NCBI GenBank assembly: GCA_965202665.1
Contig: OZ241841.1
Location: forward strand, 1 to 64,000
Direction: 5' to 3'
DNA: 64,000 nt
Source: Candidatus Spongiisociaceae bacterium
Lineage (GTDB): Bacteria; Actinomycetota; Acidimicrobiia; Spongiisociales; Spongiisociaceae
Positions 8,840 through 19,319 of the stretch are shown in pieces (position 1 is the first letter of the stretch; every line of letters begins with the position of its first letter). The position numbers were made by a program, and so were the translations under genes. The notes under the pieces were generated by a model. The model was not told the origin of the DNA, made no database searches, and saw only the letters and a program-made list of their open reading frames with translations.

Positions 8840-10702
8840 CTAATCGAACCTGACCGGAGGGCGTTGCGCGGCGCAGGACAGGTCGGGGTCCGGTTGCGGG
8901 CCGTCCAAGAAACTTAGGGAGATGGACCGGGCGCAACCATGGGCGGCCGCCGTCCCGTGCGCCAAGTCGGGGAACTCCGCGAAGCGGCTGTTGAACAGGT
9001 TTTGCGCCGCCAGCCGCCCCCATTTGGGAGGGGTGATGGGGTCGAAGGAACCCGCCAAAACCAGGGCGGGGATGCCGCTGGAAACCGGCTGGTTCTCCAG
9101 CGGGTCCGCCTCCCCCAGGCCCAGCTCGCGGCAGAAGCCCATGGCGTCGGCGGACTGGTAAACCGCCTCCGTGTAGAAGCCCCGCAGCCGGGGGTGGCGG
9201 CCGGCGGCCGCGTCGAGGGCGCCGGGGTCTTCGAACGGTATCTCCTCGTTGCACAGCACCGCCATGCCCTGGCCGTGGGAAATCATCCGGTTGGCGAACA
9301 GCAACCCGGTTATCACCAGGGCGGCGTCGAAGACTTCTTCGTTGCTGATGGAGCGGAGCAGGGAAGGAATCCGCCTGGCCACCCCCATGTTGTACATTCC
9401 CAGGAAAACCATGTCCAGCAGGCGGTCTCCGGTTAGAAACCCTTCCTGTATCCACAGGCGGTCGGCGTTGAACAGGATGACCGGGGCGGGACGGGCGTTG
9501 AGCCGGTTGCGCTGTCCGTAGAACAGGGATTCCACATCGCCGTAGCGGGACGAGCAGTCCGCATCGGCGGCGCAGGACGCGGACAGATGCTCCACCGCCC
9601 GGTTGAGGTTGTCCCGTATCTGCGGCCGTCCGTTCACCTCCAGCGGGAAGGCGGAGTCCAATATCACCCGCCGCACCCCCGCCGGGTAATCCCGCATGAT
9701 GGTCAGGGCCAGGCGGGAGCCGTAGGACAGCCCGAACAGGTCCCACTCCTCGTATCCCAGGGCCCGGCGGAGAAAGTCGACGTCGGCGGCGGAGGCGGCG
9801 CTGTTGATGTGGCGCAACACCGAACCGTCCGCCTCCCAGCGGGCGGAACATTCCCGCAGGACGTTCAGGAAAAAGCCGGTGTCCTCGTCCGTCCCGCCCA
9901 TTACCTCGAAGGTGCGCTCCACCACCTCCGGGCAGGACAGGTCGGGCTGGGAGTAGCCCACCCCCCGCTGATCGAAGACCACCACCGTGCGATCGGCGTC
10001 AAAAGGCTTGATCAAGCCGTCGTAGGTGAACAGGAGGGAGGCCAGGGTTTTGGTGCCCGGCCCGCCGTCCAGAAATACCAGCGGAGCGGCGGTTTCCCCG
10101 TTGCGGGCGGGGAAGACGGCCACCGCCAGTTGGAGAAGCGGGCTGTCCGGGTCGGTGCGGTCCAAGGGGACCGTCAGCCGCCCGCACTCCGGGTCGGCCC
10201 CCAGCGGAACCAGAAACGGGCATCCCCCAGCCGGAGCGAAAGTCCCCCACTCCGGCGGTTGCTCCTCCTCCGCGACGGCGGCCGCGGAAGAGGAGGCGGC
10301 AGCGGGCGCCGTCGTCGTTGCCGCGGTAATGGGAACGGTGGTGGTCGTGGTAGTCGTAGAAGTGGTGGTGGTAGTGGGAGCGATGGTGGTCGTGGTGGAT
10401 GTTGTAGTAGTGGGAGCGGTAGTGGTCGTGGTGGTGGGAACCGTAGTAGTGGTAGTAGTGGTAGTGGTGGTGGTCGTGGTAGTAGCGGGAAGGGTGGTGG
10501 TCGTGGTGGAGGTGACGGTGGGAGCCGCGGTGGTTGCGGTAGTGGGTATAGAGGAGGAGGACGTGGTGGATGGGATTGCCGGGCCGGCAGCGGAAGAGGA
10601 GGGGGGCGGTTGCGACGGGGGGGCGGATTCGTCGCCGGCGCAAGCGGAGGCCGCCAAGGCGACGGCGACGACGAGCGCAACGGCGCCGAGCGGACGGTTC
10701 AT
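8840..10702 (-). CDS. Alpha/beta hydrolase (TAP-like peptidase) lipoprotein with Thr-rich linker
   Basis: Lipobox ASAC; GGPG, DQRGVG, GLSYG nucleophile elbow, DPITP, AHG. ATG overlaps the HIT stop codon. Confidence 0.85.
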   Translation of the reverse strand: MNRPLGAVALVVAVALAASACAGDESAPPSQPPPSSSAAGPAIPSTTSSSSIPTTATTAAPTVTSTTTTTLPATTTTTTTTTTTTTTVPTTTTTTAPTTTTSTTTTIAPTTTTTSTTTTTTTVPITAATTTAPAAASSSAAAVAEEEQPPEWGTFAPAGGCPFLVPLGADPECGRLTVPLDRTDPDSPLLQLAVAVFPARNGETAAPLVFLDGGPGTKTLASLLFTYDGLIKPFDADRTVVVFDQRGVGYSQPDLSCPEVVERTFEVMGGTDEDTGFFLNVLRECSARWEADGSVLRHINSAASAADVDFLRRALGYEEWDLFGLSYGSRLALTIMRDYPAGVRRVILDSAFPLEVNGRPQIRDNLNRAVEHLSASCAADADCSSRYGDVESLFYGQRNRLNARPAPVILFNADRLWIQEGFLTGDRLLDMVFLGMYNMGVARRIPSLLRSISNEEVFDAALVITGLLFANRMISHGQGMAVLCNEEIPFEDPGALDAAAGRHPRLRGFYTEAVYQSADAMGFCRELGLGEADPLENQPVSSGIPALVLAGSFDPITPPKWGRLAAQNLFNSRFAEFPDLAHGTAAAHGCARSISLSFLDGPQPDPDLSCAAQRPPVRFD

Positions 10703-11061
10703 CAACCGGGCGGCCAACCCAGACTACGGCCTCCCAGAATATGGAAATGCAGATGCTCCACCGTCTGGCCGCCGTCCCGTCCCACGTTGGTAACCACCCG
10801 GTACCCGGATTCGGCCACCCCTTCCTGCGCGGCCACCTTGGCGCAAACCGACAGCAGATGGCCGATCAGGGACCGATCGCCTTTGGTGATGTGCGACAAG
10901 GAGACGATGGGCCTGCGGGGTATCACCAGCACATGCACCTCCGCCTGCGGGTTGATGTCGCGGAAGGCCAGGCAGGCCTCGTCCTGATAAATGATGTCAG
11001 CCGGAATCTCCCCGCGGATGATCTGGCTGAAAATAGTGTCCGGGGGTTCTCCGTCAGTCAT
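10702..11061 (-). CDS. Histidine triad nucleotide-binding protein (HIT/HinT)
   Basis: [17 protein letters not shown] and [10 protein letters not shown] motifs. Confidence 0.93.
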   Translation of the reverse strand: MTDGEPPDTIFSQIIRGEIPADIIYQDEACLAFRDINPQAEVHVLVIPRRPIVSLSHITKGDRSLIGHLLSVCAKVAAQEGVAESGYRVVTNVGRDGGQTVEHLHFHILGGRSLGWPPG

Positions 11062-11257
11062 TTGCCATCGCGTCTTTCCATTCGTCTTCGGTCATCATTT
11101 CCGCATCCTCCACCAGCATCACCGGAATGCCCTCGTCTATCCGGTAGCGAAGCCGGGTTTCGGGATCGGCGGATATCAGGTATCCGTCCACTTCCCGCAG
11201 GGAGGCCTTGCTGACCGGGCAGACCAGTATTTCCAGCAACTTCGGGTCCAACGTCAT
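11054..11257 (-). CDS. Trm112/YcaR family protein
   Basis: [15 protein letters not shown]...[11 protein letters not shown]. Confidence 0.9.
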   Translation of the reverse strand: MTLDPKLLEILVCPVSKASLREVDGYLISADPETRLRYRIDEGIPVMLVEDAEMMTEDEWKDAMAND

Positions 11258-11337
11258 AGTCCAAGTATCGCACCTTTCCCGCCTTTAGGGCGGCTAGTAT
11301 GGGAAAAGTCCGGTATACGCTCCCCCGCCGAGGAAAA

Positions 11338-11847
11338 ATGTCCGACATCGCCCGCCGGGTGCGGGAGGCCCTAACCGCTCTGCGAGCCGAATTCGAAGTG
11401 CTGGAAATCGACCCGGCGCTGTCCGACACCGTGCCTTTCTGCGAACATTACGGCTACCCGCTGGAGACGGCGGCCAACGCCATCTTGGTGTCCTCCAAAC
11501 GGCCCCCCGGCCGCCACGCGGTGTGCGTAGCCCTGGGCGCGACCCGTCTGGACGTGAACCGCAAAGTGCGGGAGTTGCTGGAGGTGAAACGGCTCTCCTT
11601 CGCCTCGGCGGAGGCCACCGTGCGCATCACCGGTATGGAAATAGGCGGGGTGGCCCCCTTCGCCCTCCCCGATGGGCTGGACTTGTACGTGGACTCGGCA
11701 GTGGTCAAACACCGGCGGGTGATCACGGGAGCCGGGGACCGGTCCGGCAAAATCTTGGTCAACCCCGAAGTCTTCACCCGGATGCCCGCCGCCCGGGTGG
11801 TGGAGGGCTTGGCGAACCCTTCTCCCCCGCCCGGCGGAAACGTCTGA
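11338..11847 (+). CDS. YbaK/EbsC-family aminoacyl-tRNA deacylase
   Basis: TRLDVN, LSFAS, TGMEIGGVAPF, GAGDRSGK. Start chosen after AGGA. Confidence 0.85.
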   Translation: MSDIARRVREALTALRAEFEVLEIDPALSDTVPFCEHYGYPLETAANAILVSSKRPPGRHAVCVALGATRLDVNRKVRELLEVKRLSFASAEATVRITGMEIGGVAPFALPDGLDLYVDSAVVKHRRVITGAGDRSGKILVNPEVFTRMPAARVVEGLANPSPPPGGNV

Positions 11848-12589
11848 TATCCCGGCGCAGCAAAGCGGCGTATCCGCCCAGCAGCACCGCCCCGAAGGAG
11901 AACCACTGGATGGCGTAGGACAGGTGCGGGCCCTCCCCCAGGTCGGGAAGCGGGAGCGGCTCCGGCAGGGCCTGCGGATCGTCGGGGGCGGTCAGCTGGA
12001 TCCAGAAAGGAAGCAGCGGCGTCGGCACCTGTTGTCCGATGCGCGGCACATCGATGCGCGACACCCGTCGCAACGGCCCCTCCGGTTCAGTGCGTCCCAA
12101 AGGGGGCCGCGGTTGGCTGGGGCGCACCAGCCCGGTAATTTCCACCCGTCCCGGCCCGTACGGGCCGGAGAGCGCGGGGCGGGCCGCGCCGGAGGGAAAC
12201 CAGCCTATGTTGACCAGCACCGCCCGGCCGTCCTCCATCAGGAAAGGGTGGACGGCATGCACCCCGTCCACCCCCTCGGTCACCTGCGAGCGGACATCCA
12301 CCGCCCCCTCCTCCAAAAAACGGCCAGCGGCGGACACCGCCGTGTACTCGTAATGACCCGGGTCGTCCATCGCCCCGGGCTGGGCCAGAAGCTCCTCCAT
12401 GGGCAGAGGGGGCCTTTGCAAACGGGCGGCGGTGATCCGGTTGTCGAAGCGGCGCTCCTCCAAGCGGCGCAACTGCCACATTCCCAGGGAGGCGAAGACC
12501 GCCAGCAACAGGACGGCGACCGTCGAGAAAATCAGCCATCCCGGCCGCCGGAGCGGATGGGAGGGGCGGGGGCGGGCGGGTTGGTTCAC
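11774..12589 (-). CDS. SURF1 family protein
   Basis: LGMWQLRRL after the N-terminal TM helix, VLVNIGW, GPHLSYAIQWF. Confidence 0.9.
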   Translation of the reverse strand: MNQPARPRPSHPLRRPGWLIFSTVAVLLLAVFASLGMWQLRRLEERRFDNRITAARLQRPPLPMEELLAQPGAMDDPGHYEYTAVSAAGRFLEEGAVDVRSQVTEGVDGVHAVHPFLMEDGRAVLVNIGWFPSGAARPALSGPYGPGRVEITGLVRPSQPRPPLGRTEPEGPLRRVSRIDVPRIGQQVPTPLLPFWIQLTAPDDPQALPEPLPLPDLGEGPHLSYAIQWFSFGAVLLGGYAALLRRDIRRFRRAGEKGSPSPPPPGRRASG

Positions 12590-12644
12590 GGCGGAATCCC
12601 GCTCATCTTAGAACCTTCCCGCCCGGGACCCCGCCGGATCCCTA

Positions 12645-12992
12645 TCACTGCGGAGGTGTATTGTCCCCTACATCCACGGTGACGGCCACCAGCTCCACCC
12701 GGCTGTGACGGCCTTCGGCGTCGGTCCAGAAACGCCGATGCACCTGGCCGACCACGTCCACCCTGGTTCCCCGCACCGAATCCAGCACCGCCTGGGCCGG
12801 TTCCCAGACGGTCACCGGAATCACATCCGTGCGGGGCCGGGGCTCCTCGATGCGAACGGTCACCAGCAACCGGGCCATGCTGGCCCCCGATCCGAACAAA
12901 CGATGTTCGGGAACGGCGGCCAGCACGCCGGAGATCGCCACCTGGTTCCGGCCAAGCCCTCCCCGCCGCACAGTCGTATCGTTATCTTTCAT
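12645..12992 (-). CDS. Short single-stranded DNA-binding (OB-fold) protein
   Basis: NQVAISG...IPVTVW...VDVVGQVHRRFW...SRVELVA; strong RBS AAAGGAG. Confidence 0.8.
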   Translation of the reverse strand: MKDNDTTVRRGGLGRNQVAISGVLAAVPEHRLFGSGASMARLLVTVRIEEPRPRTDVIPVTVWEPAQAVLDSVRGTRVDVVGQVHRRFWTDAEGRHSRVELVAVTVDVGDNTPPQ

Positions 12993-13264
12993 TGTATGCT
13001 CCTTTCATAAGAGGAAGTGCGATAACGATTGCCAAGATAGGAGACGCCTGTGACACAAACCGGAACAACCCCAACTTCACGTACATATCCGGAGCGCTGG
13101 AGCAGGCGGCGTAGGCGGTTCCACACCCGGTGTGCCTGGACGGTCAGAAGGCGCGGCGCTCCGACGGGGCGCGGGTTGGGAGCAATCGCTACCAGGCGCG
13201 CCTGTCCAGTACCGGGGGGCCGCCCCTGTAAAGTGATACCTCCCAATCAACCGATAGTAGGAAA

Positions 13265-14074
13265 ATGAACCCTCGTTACGCGCTTAATTTGTCCGTCATC
13301 GGCGCCTGCCTAGAGGCCGATATTCCGGTATTTTTGTGGGGTCCCCCGGGTTCCGGCAAGTCATCGGCGGTGCGCAGATTGGCTGCGGACCGGGGTTATC
13401 GGCTGACTGAGATAACCCCCTCCATACTGGATCCCACCGATCTGCTGGGGCTTCCCTACCTGGTGGGCGAGGCCACCCGTTACGCCCTCCCGGATTGGCT
13501 GGCCGACATCGCCGGATCCGGGGAGGAGCGGCATCTGATTTTTCTGGATGATCTGAACCTGGCGCCGGTGGCGGTGATGAACGCCTGCCTCCGGCTGGTG
13601 CTGGAGCGGGCGGCGCACACCACGCAGCTCCCCCCGGGGGTGCGGTTTGCAGCCGCCGGCACCGATCCCTCCCAGGTTCCCGCCGCCCGGTTTCTGTCAC
13701 CGGCCATGGCCAACCGGTTCGCCCATGTGGAATGGACGGGGTTGGGCGGCTCCGAATGGCTCACCGCAAAACTCCAGGACTGGCCGACGCCCGCTCCGGT
13801 GGCGGTCTCCGACAAAGACTGGAGGATGGCCATCGCCGCCTTCCATACGGTGCGCCCCCAGATAGCCGACGCGTTCGCCGACGGCAAAGCGGCCGGGGAG
13901 GGGCGCGGTTATGCCAGCGCGCGGAGCTGGGACGCCCTGTGCCGGGTGCTCCCTTACGCCGGGAGGAATCCTGACATGGAACGGGCCCTGGCCGACGCCA
14001 TTATCGGCAAAGCGGCGTCGCGCGAGTTCATCGCACACGTTCGCACCGACCTCACAGACGGCAACATCCCGTAA
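13265..14074 (+). CDS. MoxR-like AAA+ ATPase
   Basis: Walker A GPPGSGKS, Walker B IFLDD, DPTDLLGLP, LSPAMANRF. Confidence 0.8.
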   Translation: MNPRYALNLSVIGACLEADIPVFLWGPPGSGKSSAVRRLAADRGYRLTEITPSILDPTDLLGLPYLVGEATRYALPDWLADIAGSGEERHLIFLDDLNLAPVAVMNACLRLVLERAAHTTQLPPGVRFAAAGTDPSQVPAARFLSPAMANRFAHVEWTGLGGSEWLTAKLQDWPTPAPVAVSDKDWRMAIAAFHTVRPQIADAFADGKAAGEGRGYASARSWDALCRVLPYAGRNPDMERALADAIIGKAASREFIAHVRTDLTDGNIP

Positions 14075-14242
14075 AACTAGGCAACGGGTTGTTCGGGTTG
14101 TATGGCCGTCGAGGCGGGCAAACCCCCGCGCGGCGAGGAGTCGTTTTGGAGGCGGCGCTCCGGCGGATAGAGGAAGTTGCGGCTAGAAGAGCGGCCAACG
14201 TATGGGACGCCGCCCGGGACGATGTTGGGGGACGCGGCGACC

Positions 14243-14488
14243 CTACACCGCGATGATGATATGTGTCACCGCCAAAGCCACGGAGACGGCCGTCATCACC
14301 GCTACCTCGGGGCGACGGATGCGGATACCCGCCCAGTAGATCACCACAAAGGCGGGGAACACCAGCAATAGGGCCGCACCCAGCCATTTCGTCCATACAT
14401 AGTTGGGGAAATAAAGGACCACCGCTAACAGGATGAGAATCCGGCCCATCCAGATCAGAGTGCCTACCGCCCTATCAGCGTCGCTCAT
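14243..14488 (-). CDS. Small hypothetical membrane protein (about 3 TM helices)
   Basis: Hydrophobic segments; RBS GAGGAGGA before ATG. Confidence 0.55.
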   Translation of the reverse strand: MSDADRAVGTLIWMGRILILLAVVLYFPNYVWTKWLGAALLLVFPAFVVIYWAGIRIRRPEVAVMTAVSVALAVTHIIIAV

Positions 14489-14687
14489 ATTTTTTATCCT
14501 CCTCGGAATCGGGATCACCGTCAGCTTAGCCGCCCCAAGAGGTAAATCAGCGTTATCCGAGTTGGCCGAGGACTCCTAAAAGAGCGTAACCCTCTAATCC
14601 ACCGCTCCCCTCTCCGAGGCGAAGAGCCGTTTATAAGGATTGCGTAAGATGCGACATATGATCATCGCGTCTAAAAGCAACGGGCCA

Positions 14688-14933
14688 ATGATACGGCCGG
14701 TGGAGGTGCGTTCCGCCGGGCCTTGGCGATTGTGGCTCAAATTCGAGGACGGGACTGAGGGCGAGGTCGATATCAGCGACTTGCGCGACCAGCCCCAATT
14801 CGCGTCGTTGCAAGATCCGGATATATTTCAGTACGTATACATCCATCCACTTCGGCGCACCATCTGTTGGGACAACGAACGGATAGAGCTGGCCCACTGC
14901 GGCTTCCGCGAAGCGGTCATCAGCGGGCGCTAG
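14688..14933 (+). CDS. DUF2442-family protein (putative antitoxin-like)
   Basis: RLWLKFEDGTEGEVDIS...FASLQDPDIF...TICWDN pattern; start uncertain. Confidence 0.7.
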   Translation: MIRPVEVRSAGPWRLWLKFEDGTEGEVDISDLRDQPQFASLQDPDIFQYVYIHPLRRTICWDNERIELAHCGFREAVISGR

Positions 14934-14946
14934 TTGGCGCTGGCGT

Positions 14947-16014
14947 TTAGGAATTTTGCGAAAGGGCAATGGGGCGGTCGGCGGCGGCTGATTCTTGGAG
15001 GGCCAGGCCCGCTTCTAGCAAGTGGCGGCCCTGCTCGCCGGTCAGGGACAAGGGTTCCTCGCCCCGCAGGGCGGCCGCCGTGTTGCGGGTGGAGGCCGTG
15101 AAACTGGCCTCCCAGCCGGAGGGCATGTCGTCGTATTCGAAGGTTGCGCCCCCCCGGTAGACGATGAGCGGGGCCCGGGGGACGGTGCGGCCATGCCCCC
15201 GGGTTACCCACAGCACGCCTTCGGAGCCGGTTACCTCCACATGGTCGTCCTGCGCGTAATGGTCGCTGTGAATCCGCAGTCCCGGGGAATGCACCACGTC
15301 GAACACCCCCATCCGCCCTCCGCTGAACCCGAAGGTGATCACCGCCGGGGCGTCCAGTATCATCCCGTCCGGCAACTCGGTTCGGCCGATGCGGGCGTGC
15401 ACCCACTCCATGCGCCCCATCAGGAACCAGGCCGCGGCCAGTTTGTGATGCCCGTCGTCGAAGGTGAGGGGCCCTCCCCCGCCCCGCGCCGGGTCGTGCC
15501 GCCACTCCCGGGCCGCCCGGGGCACCTCCCATCCGAAATACGGATTCCCCGAATTGGATTTGATGCGGATGCCGAGCGGCTCCCCGATTTCCCCCCGGTC
15601 GATGACGCGCCGGGCGCGGGCGATGGGCGGGTAATGGACGAAGTTCTCATACACTTTGAAAAACAAGCCCCGCCGGTCGGCTTCGGTGATCATTTCGTCC
15701 GCTTCGGCCAAGCTGACCGCCATCGGCTTCTGCAGGGAAACCGACAATCCGGCCCGCAAAGCGTACATCGCCACCTGGTGGTGCAAATGGTGGGGGACGA
15801 GCACTTCCACCAAATCCGCCCGGCCCGAATCGCACAAAGCCCGATAGTCGTCGAACACCGCCTCCGGGGGCAGCCCCCAGGCCCGGGCTTTGGCGGCCGC
15901 CGCTTCCCGGTCGACATCGCAGGCCGCCGCCAAGCGGAAGCCGTCGCAACCCCGGTAGCCGAGGGCGTGCAGATCGGAAATCCGCCCGCAGCCGATGATT
16001 CCAACTCGGAACAC
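14947..16014 (-). CDS. Gfo/Idh/MocA family oxidoreductase
   Basis: GIIGCGRIS Rossmann motif, QKPM, DDGHH. Confidence 0.9.
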   Translation of the reverse strand: MFRVGIIGCGRISDLHALGYRGCDGFRLAAACDVDREAAAAKARAWGLPPEAVFDDYRALCDSGRADLVEVLVPHHLHHQVAMYALRAGLSVSLQKPMAVSLAEADEMITEADRRGLFFKVYENFVHYPPIARARRVIDRGEIGEPLGIRIKSNSGNPYFGWEVPRAAREWRHDPARGGGGPLTFDDGHHKLAAAWFLMGRMEWVHARIGRTELPDGMILDAPAVITFGFSGGRMGVFDVVHSPGLRIHSDHYAQDDHVEVTGSEGVLWVTRGHGRTVPRAPLIVYRGGATFEYDDMPSGWEASFTASTRNTAAALRGEEPLSLTGEQGRHLLEAGLALQESAAADRPIALSQNS

Positions 16015-16018
16015 CGGC

Positions 16019-16882
16019 CTACCCTTTGACGGAACCGGCCAGCAGGCCGCGCACGAAGAACTTTTGGAAAATCAGGAACACCAGCACGGTGGGGGCGCTG
16101 GCCAAAACCGCCAAAGCCCCCTGCGTGCCGTAGGCCACCGTGAACTGCCCCTGCACCGCCAGCAGTCCCAGCATCACCGTCCGCACCCCGTCGCTTTGGG
16201 TGAAAACCAGCGGATACAGGAAGTCGTTCCAAATGAACACGAACTGCAAGGTGGCCAGGGCGGCCAAGGCGGGGCGGGCCAAAGGCAGCATCACCCGCAG
16301 GAAAATGAACCCGTCGTTGGCCCCGTCCACCGCGGCCGCGTCCCGCAGCGAATCGGGTATCTGGTCGAAGAAGTTGCGCATCACCAGGGTGCATATGGAC
16401 AGGCCCACCGCCGAATGAACCAGGATGATGGGCCACAGGGTGTCGATCATTCCCAGGTCGCGAAACAAGGTGAACAGGGGCACCAGCAGCACCTGCGGGG
16501 GGACGAACAGGCCGGCGATGACCGTTATAAAGATGAGCGTCCCGCCCCGGGGGCGCAGTTTGGACAGGGCGTATCCGATGAAAGATCCGCCGGTGATGGA
16601 GATGGCCACCGCCGGCACCGTGGACAGAAGGGAGTTGAGCAGGTAGCGGGGGGTGTTGGTCTCCCGCCAGACGGAAAGATAGTTGTCCACCGTCAAAGCG
16701 CCGGTGGGGGCCCATATGCCGCGGGCGGCGATCTCGGCGTTGGTTTTGAAAGAGGTGAGCGCCACCCCCAGAATGGGGATCAGGTAGATGATCACGAAGA
16801 CGAGCAGGGCAACCCGGCCCAGGCGGCGGCGGACGCGCTTCCCCGGCGGGCGCCGGACGGGGGCGGCGGTTTTAGAGGGCAC
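16019..16882 (-). CDS. Carbohydrate ABC transporter permease (MalG-like)
   Basis: EAA-type loop DAAAVDGA, WNDFLYP. Confidence 0.92.
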   Translation of the reverse strand: MPSKTAAPVRRPPGKRVRRRLGRVALLVFVIIYLIPILGVALTSFKTNAEIAARGIWAPTGALTVDNYLSVWRETNTPRYLLNSLLSTVPAVAISITGGSFIGYALSKLRPRGGTLIFITVIAGLFVPPQVLLVPLFTLFRDLGMIDTLWPIILVHSAVGLSICTLVMRNFFDQIPDSLRDAAAVDGANDGFIFLRVMLPLARPALAALATLQFVFIWNDFLYPLVFTQSDGVRTVMLGLLAVQGQFTVAYGTQGALAVLASAPTVLVFLIFQKFFVRGLLAGSVKG

Positions 16883-17744
16883 TGGACTTCCGCCGCCCCC
16901 ACCAAGTGAACATCCCGATCACCAGCAACGTAATCAAAAACAGGATCAGGGCGATGGCGCTGGCCTCCCCCTGTTGCAGTTCGCGCAAGAGCACCCGGAA
17001 CACCAGCAGGGGCAGGGTTTCCGTTTCCCGCACCGGGCCGCCCTCGGTCATGGCGAACACCAGGTCGAAGTTGCGCAGCGAGTTGATGGACACCAACGAC
17101 AGCACCACCGTGGTGACCGGGGCCAACATGGGGAAAGTCACTTTGCGGAACACCTGCCACCGGTTGCCGCCGTCCACCCGCGCCGCCTCCGCCAGTTCGT
17201 CCGGGATGGCGCTCAGGCCGGCCAGGTACAGGATCATGGCCAGCACGATCTGCTGCCAGGACCAGGCGGCGAACACCGCCCACAGGGCGGTGGAGCGGTT
17301 GGCCAGCCACGCCTGTTGCAAACCTTCCAGCCCGATCCCGCCCAGCACCGCGTTGGCCAAACCCCCCGGCTGGTAGATCCAAATCCATACCTGCCCCACC
17401 ACCACCAGGCTGACCGCGATCGGCGCGAACAGGGCCGATTTCATCACCGTCGAGAAACGGGAGGCGCCCCGCAGGAAGTTGGCCAAGGCCAAGCCGATGG
17501 CGGGGGGGATGATCGCCCCCGCCACCGTCCAAATCAGGGTTATGCGAATGGAATGGCGGACGTTTTTGTCGCCGAAGGCGTCGATGAAGTTGTCCCATCC
17601 CACCCAGTTGGCGGCCCCGCCCAACAGGTTGGCGTCGGTGAAGCTGAGGCGGAGGGCGGCCGCCGTCGGATAGGCCACCACCAGCGCGAACAGAACCAAG
17701 GGAGGAGCGAGGAAAATCCCCATCCACAGCCTGGATTGCCTCAA
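16872..17744 (-). CDS. Carbohydrate ABC transporter permease (MalF-like)
   Basis: EAARVDGGN, FDLVFAMTEGGP. Confidence 0.92.
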   Translation of the reverse strand: MRQSRLWMGIFLAPPLVLFALVVAYPTAAALRLSFTDANLLGGAANWVGWDNFIDAFGDKNVRHSIRITLIWTVAGAIIPPAIGLALANFLRGASRFSTVMKSALFAPIAVSLVVVGQVWIWIYQPGGLANAVLGGIGLEGLQQAWLANRSTALWAVFAAWSWQQIVLAMILYLAGLSAIPDELAEAARVDGGNRWQVFRKVTFPMLAPVTTVVLSLVSINSLRNFDLVFAMTEGGPVRETETLPLLVFRVLLRELQQGEASAIALILFLITLLVIGMFTWWGRRKSSAL

Positions 17745-17864
17745 ATCTCCTCCCGGTGCGCCGACCCGGAACTTTACCCCGCCGGTCTCGCCGTGAGCCG
17801 AGAAGGCCGCCGGGCCCCAACCTGGAATAGGGCCCGGCGCCTCTCGGGAACGCCGGGGCGGGAG

Positions 17865-19268
17865 TTATCCCAGCCCGGCGAAGGCCTCGGCTGCTCCTGC
17901 CTGCGTATCGGCTTGTATTGCGGAGTAGCCGGCGGGGTCGTCCATGAACGCCTGGAACATGTCCAACCCGTATTCCGCCACCTCCGGCGGGGTGGCCAGG
18001 TCGTAGTTGAACGAATAGGAGGCCGCCTGCTGCACCTCGCCCAGCGCCTTCTGCAGAATCGGGTTCAACTGACTGGTGTCCGCTTTGGCGTTGGGAGGCA
18101 GCGCCCCCTGCCCGATCGCCCACGACAACTGGTTCTCCGGCTTGGCGTAATGCTCCAATAAGGCGAACGCCCCCTCCGGGTTGGCCGCATCAGCCGCCAC
18201 CACCCAGCCGTCGATCGGACCCAGGGCCGCGTTTTCCACCCCCGCGTTGATCACCGGAAAGTTGAAAAAGTCGTAGTCATCGCCCGGAGCCAGGCCGTTC
18301 CCGTCCCAGTAACCGGTGATCCACGTCCCCATCAACGTCATCGCCGCCTCCCCCCGCGCCACCTGATCGGCGGCGTCCGTCCAAGTGTAGGCATTGGCGT
18401 CGTCCACGAAATAGCCGGCGTCGACCAAACCCTTCCACATTTCCAAAACCGAGGTCACCTCCGCGTCCTGGTAGGACCCCTCCCCCGACATCAACCGGGC
18501 CCGGTATTCGGGACCCGCCGTCCGCAACATCAAAAAATCAAACCAAAACTGCGCCGGCCAGCGATTCATCGAACCGAGCGCGAACGGCTTGACCCCCGAT
18601 GCGGCGATGCTGTCGGCGGCCGCGATCATCTCCTCCCACGACGACGGCGCCTCCGACACCCCCGCCGACTCCATCACGGACGGATTGTAGAAAAAGGCCA
18701 CGTAGTGATACCCGAACGGCAACAGATAGGGCTCCCCGTCGTAAACGCCCGCGTTGGCCAGCGCCGCCGGGAAATCCTCCCACACGTTGGCGTTCTCAAA
18801 CACTTCCCCCATCGGCTGCAACTGGCCGCGTCCCTGAACGGAGGCCGTCCGCGCCCCCGCCCAGTAGGAAAACACGTCCGGGGGCTGCCCGCCGGCCAGG
18901 GCCACCAAAATCTGAGTCTTAAACGCCTCGTGCTCGATCGGGTTTATCACCGCATCGCCCCCGTCCCACGAAGCGTTCAAATCAATGATCGCCTGCTGGC
19001 CCAGATCGGAACCGAAATAGTGTCCCACCGACACGTCGCCCAGTCCCATCATGGCGCCGTCCCCGTCGTCCTCCGTCGTCGCGGCCGGGGCTTGCGTGGT
19101 CTGCTCCCCGGCCGGGGCGGCGGTGGTAGTAGCGGCGGCGGTAGGGGTGGTGGTGGTGGTGGGGGCGGCGGTGGTGGTGGTCTCCTCCCCGCCGCCGCAG
19201 GCGGCCGCCGCCAAGGCCAGCGCCGAAAGCGCCGCCGCCCACCGGCGTCCTTTACCTTTCTGCAACAT
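17865..19268 (-). CDS. Carbohydrate ABC transporter substrate-binding lipoprotein
   Basis: Lipobox AAAC, Thr-rich linker, PPDVFSYWAG, GEAAMTLMGTW. Confidence 0.9.
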   Translation of the reverse strand: MLQKGKGRRWAAALSALALAAAACGGGEETTTTAAPTTTTTPTAAATTTAAPAGEQTTQAPAATTEDDGDGAMMGLGDVSVGHYFGSDLGQQAIIDLNASWDGGDAVINPIEHEAFKTQILVALAGGQPPDVFSYWAGARTASVQGRGQLQPMGEVFENANVWEDFPAALANAGVYDGEPYLLPFGYHYVAFFYNPSVMESAGVSEAPSSWEEMIAAADSIAASGVKPFALGSMNRWPAQFWFDFLMLRTAGPEYRARLMSGEGSYQDAEVTSVLEMWKGLVDAGYFVDDANAYTWTDAADQVARGEAAMTLMGTWITGYWDGNGLAPGDDYDFFNFPVINAGVENAALGPIDGWVVAADAANPEGAFALLEHYAKPENQLSWAIGQGALPPNAKADTSQLNPILQKALGEVQQAASYSFNYDLATPPEVAEYGLDMFQAFMDDPAGYSAIQADTQAGAAEAFAGLG

Positions 19269-19319
19269 TGTCTTGCTCCTCCCTCGCCCTCTTCGGGCTT
19301 CCTTTCCGAATGTCGGTCG

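Noticed and set aside
10320-10560. (GTG/GTA)n-like repeat tract
   Set aside because: Encodes the Thr-rich lipoprotein linker; degenerate codons and common in such proteins.
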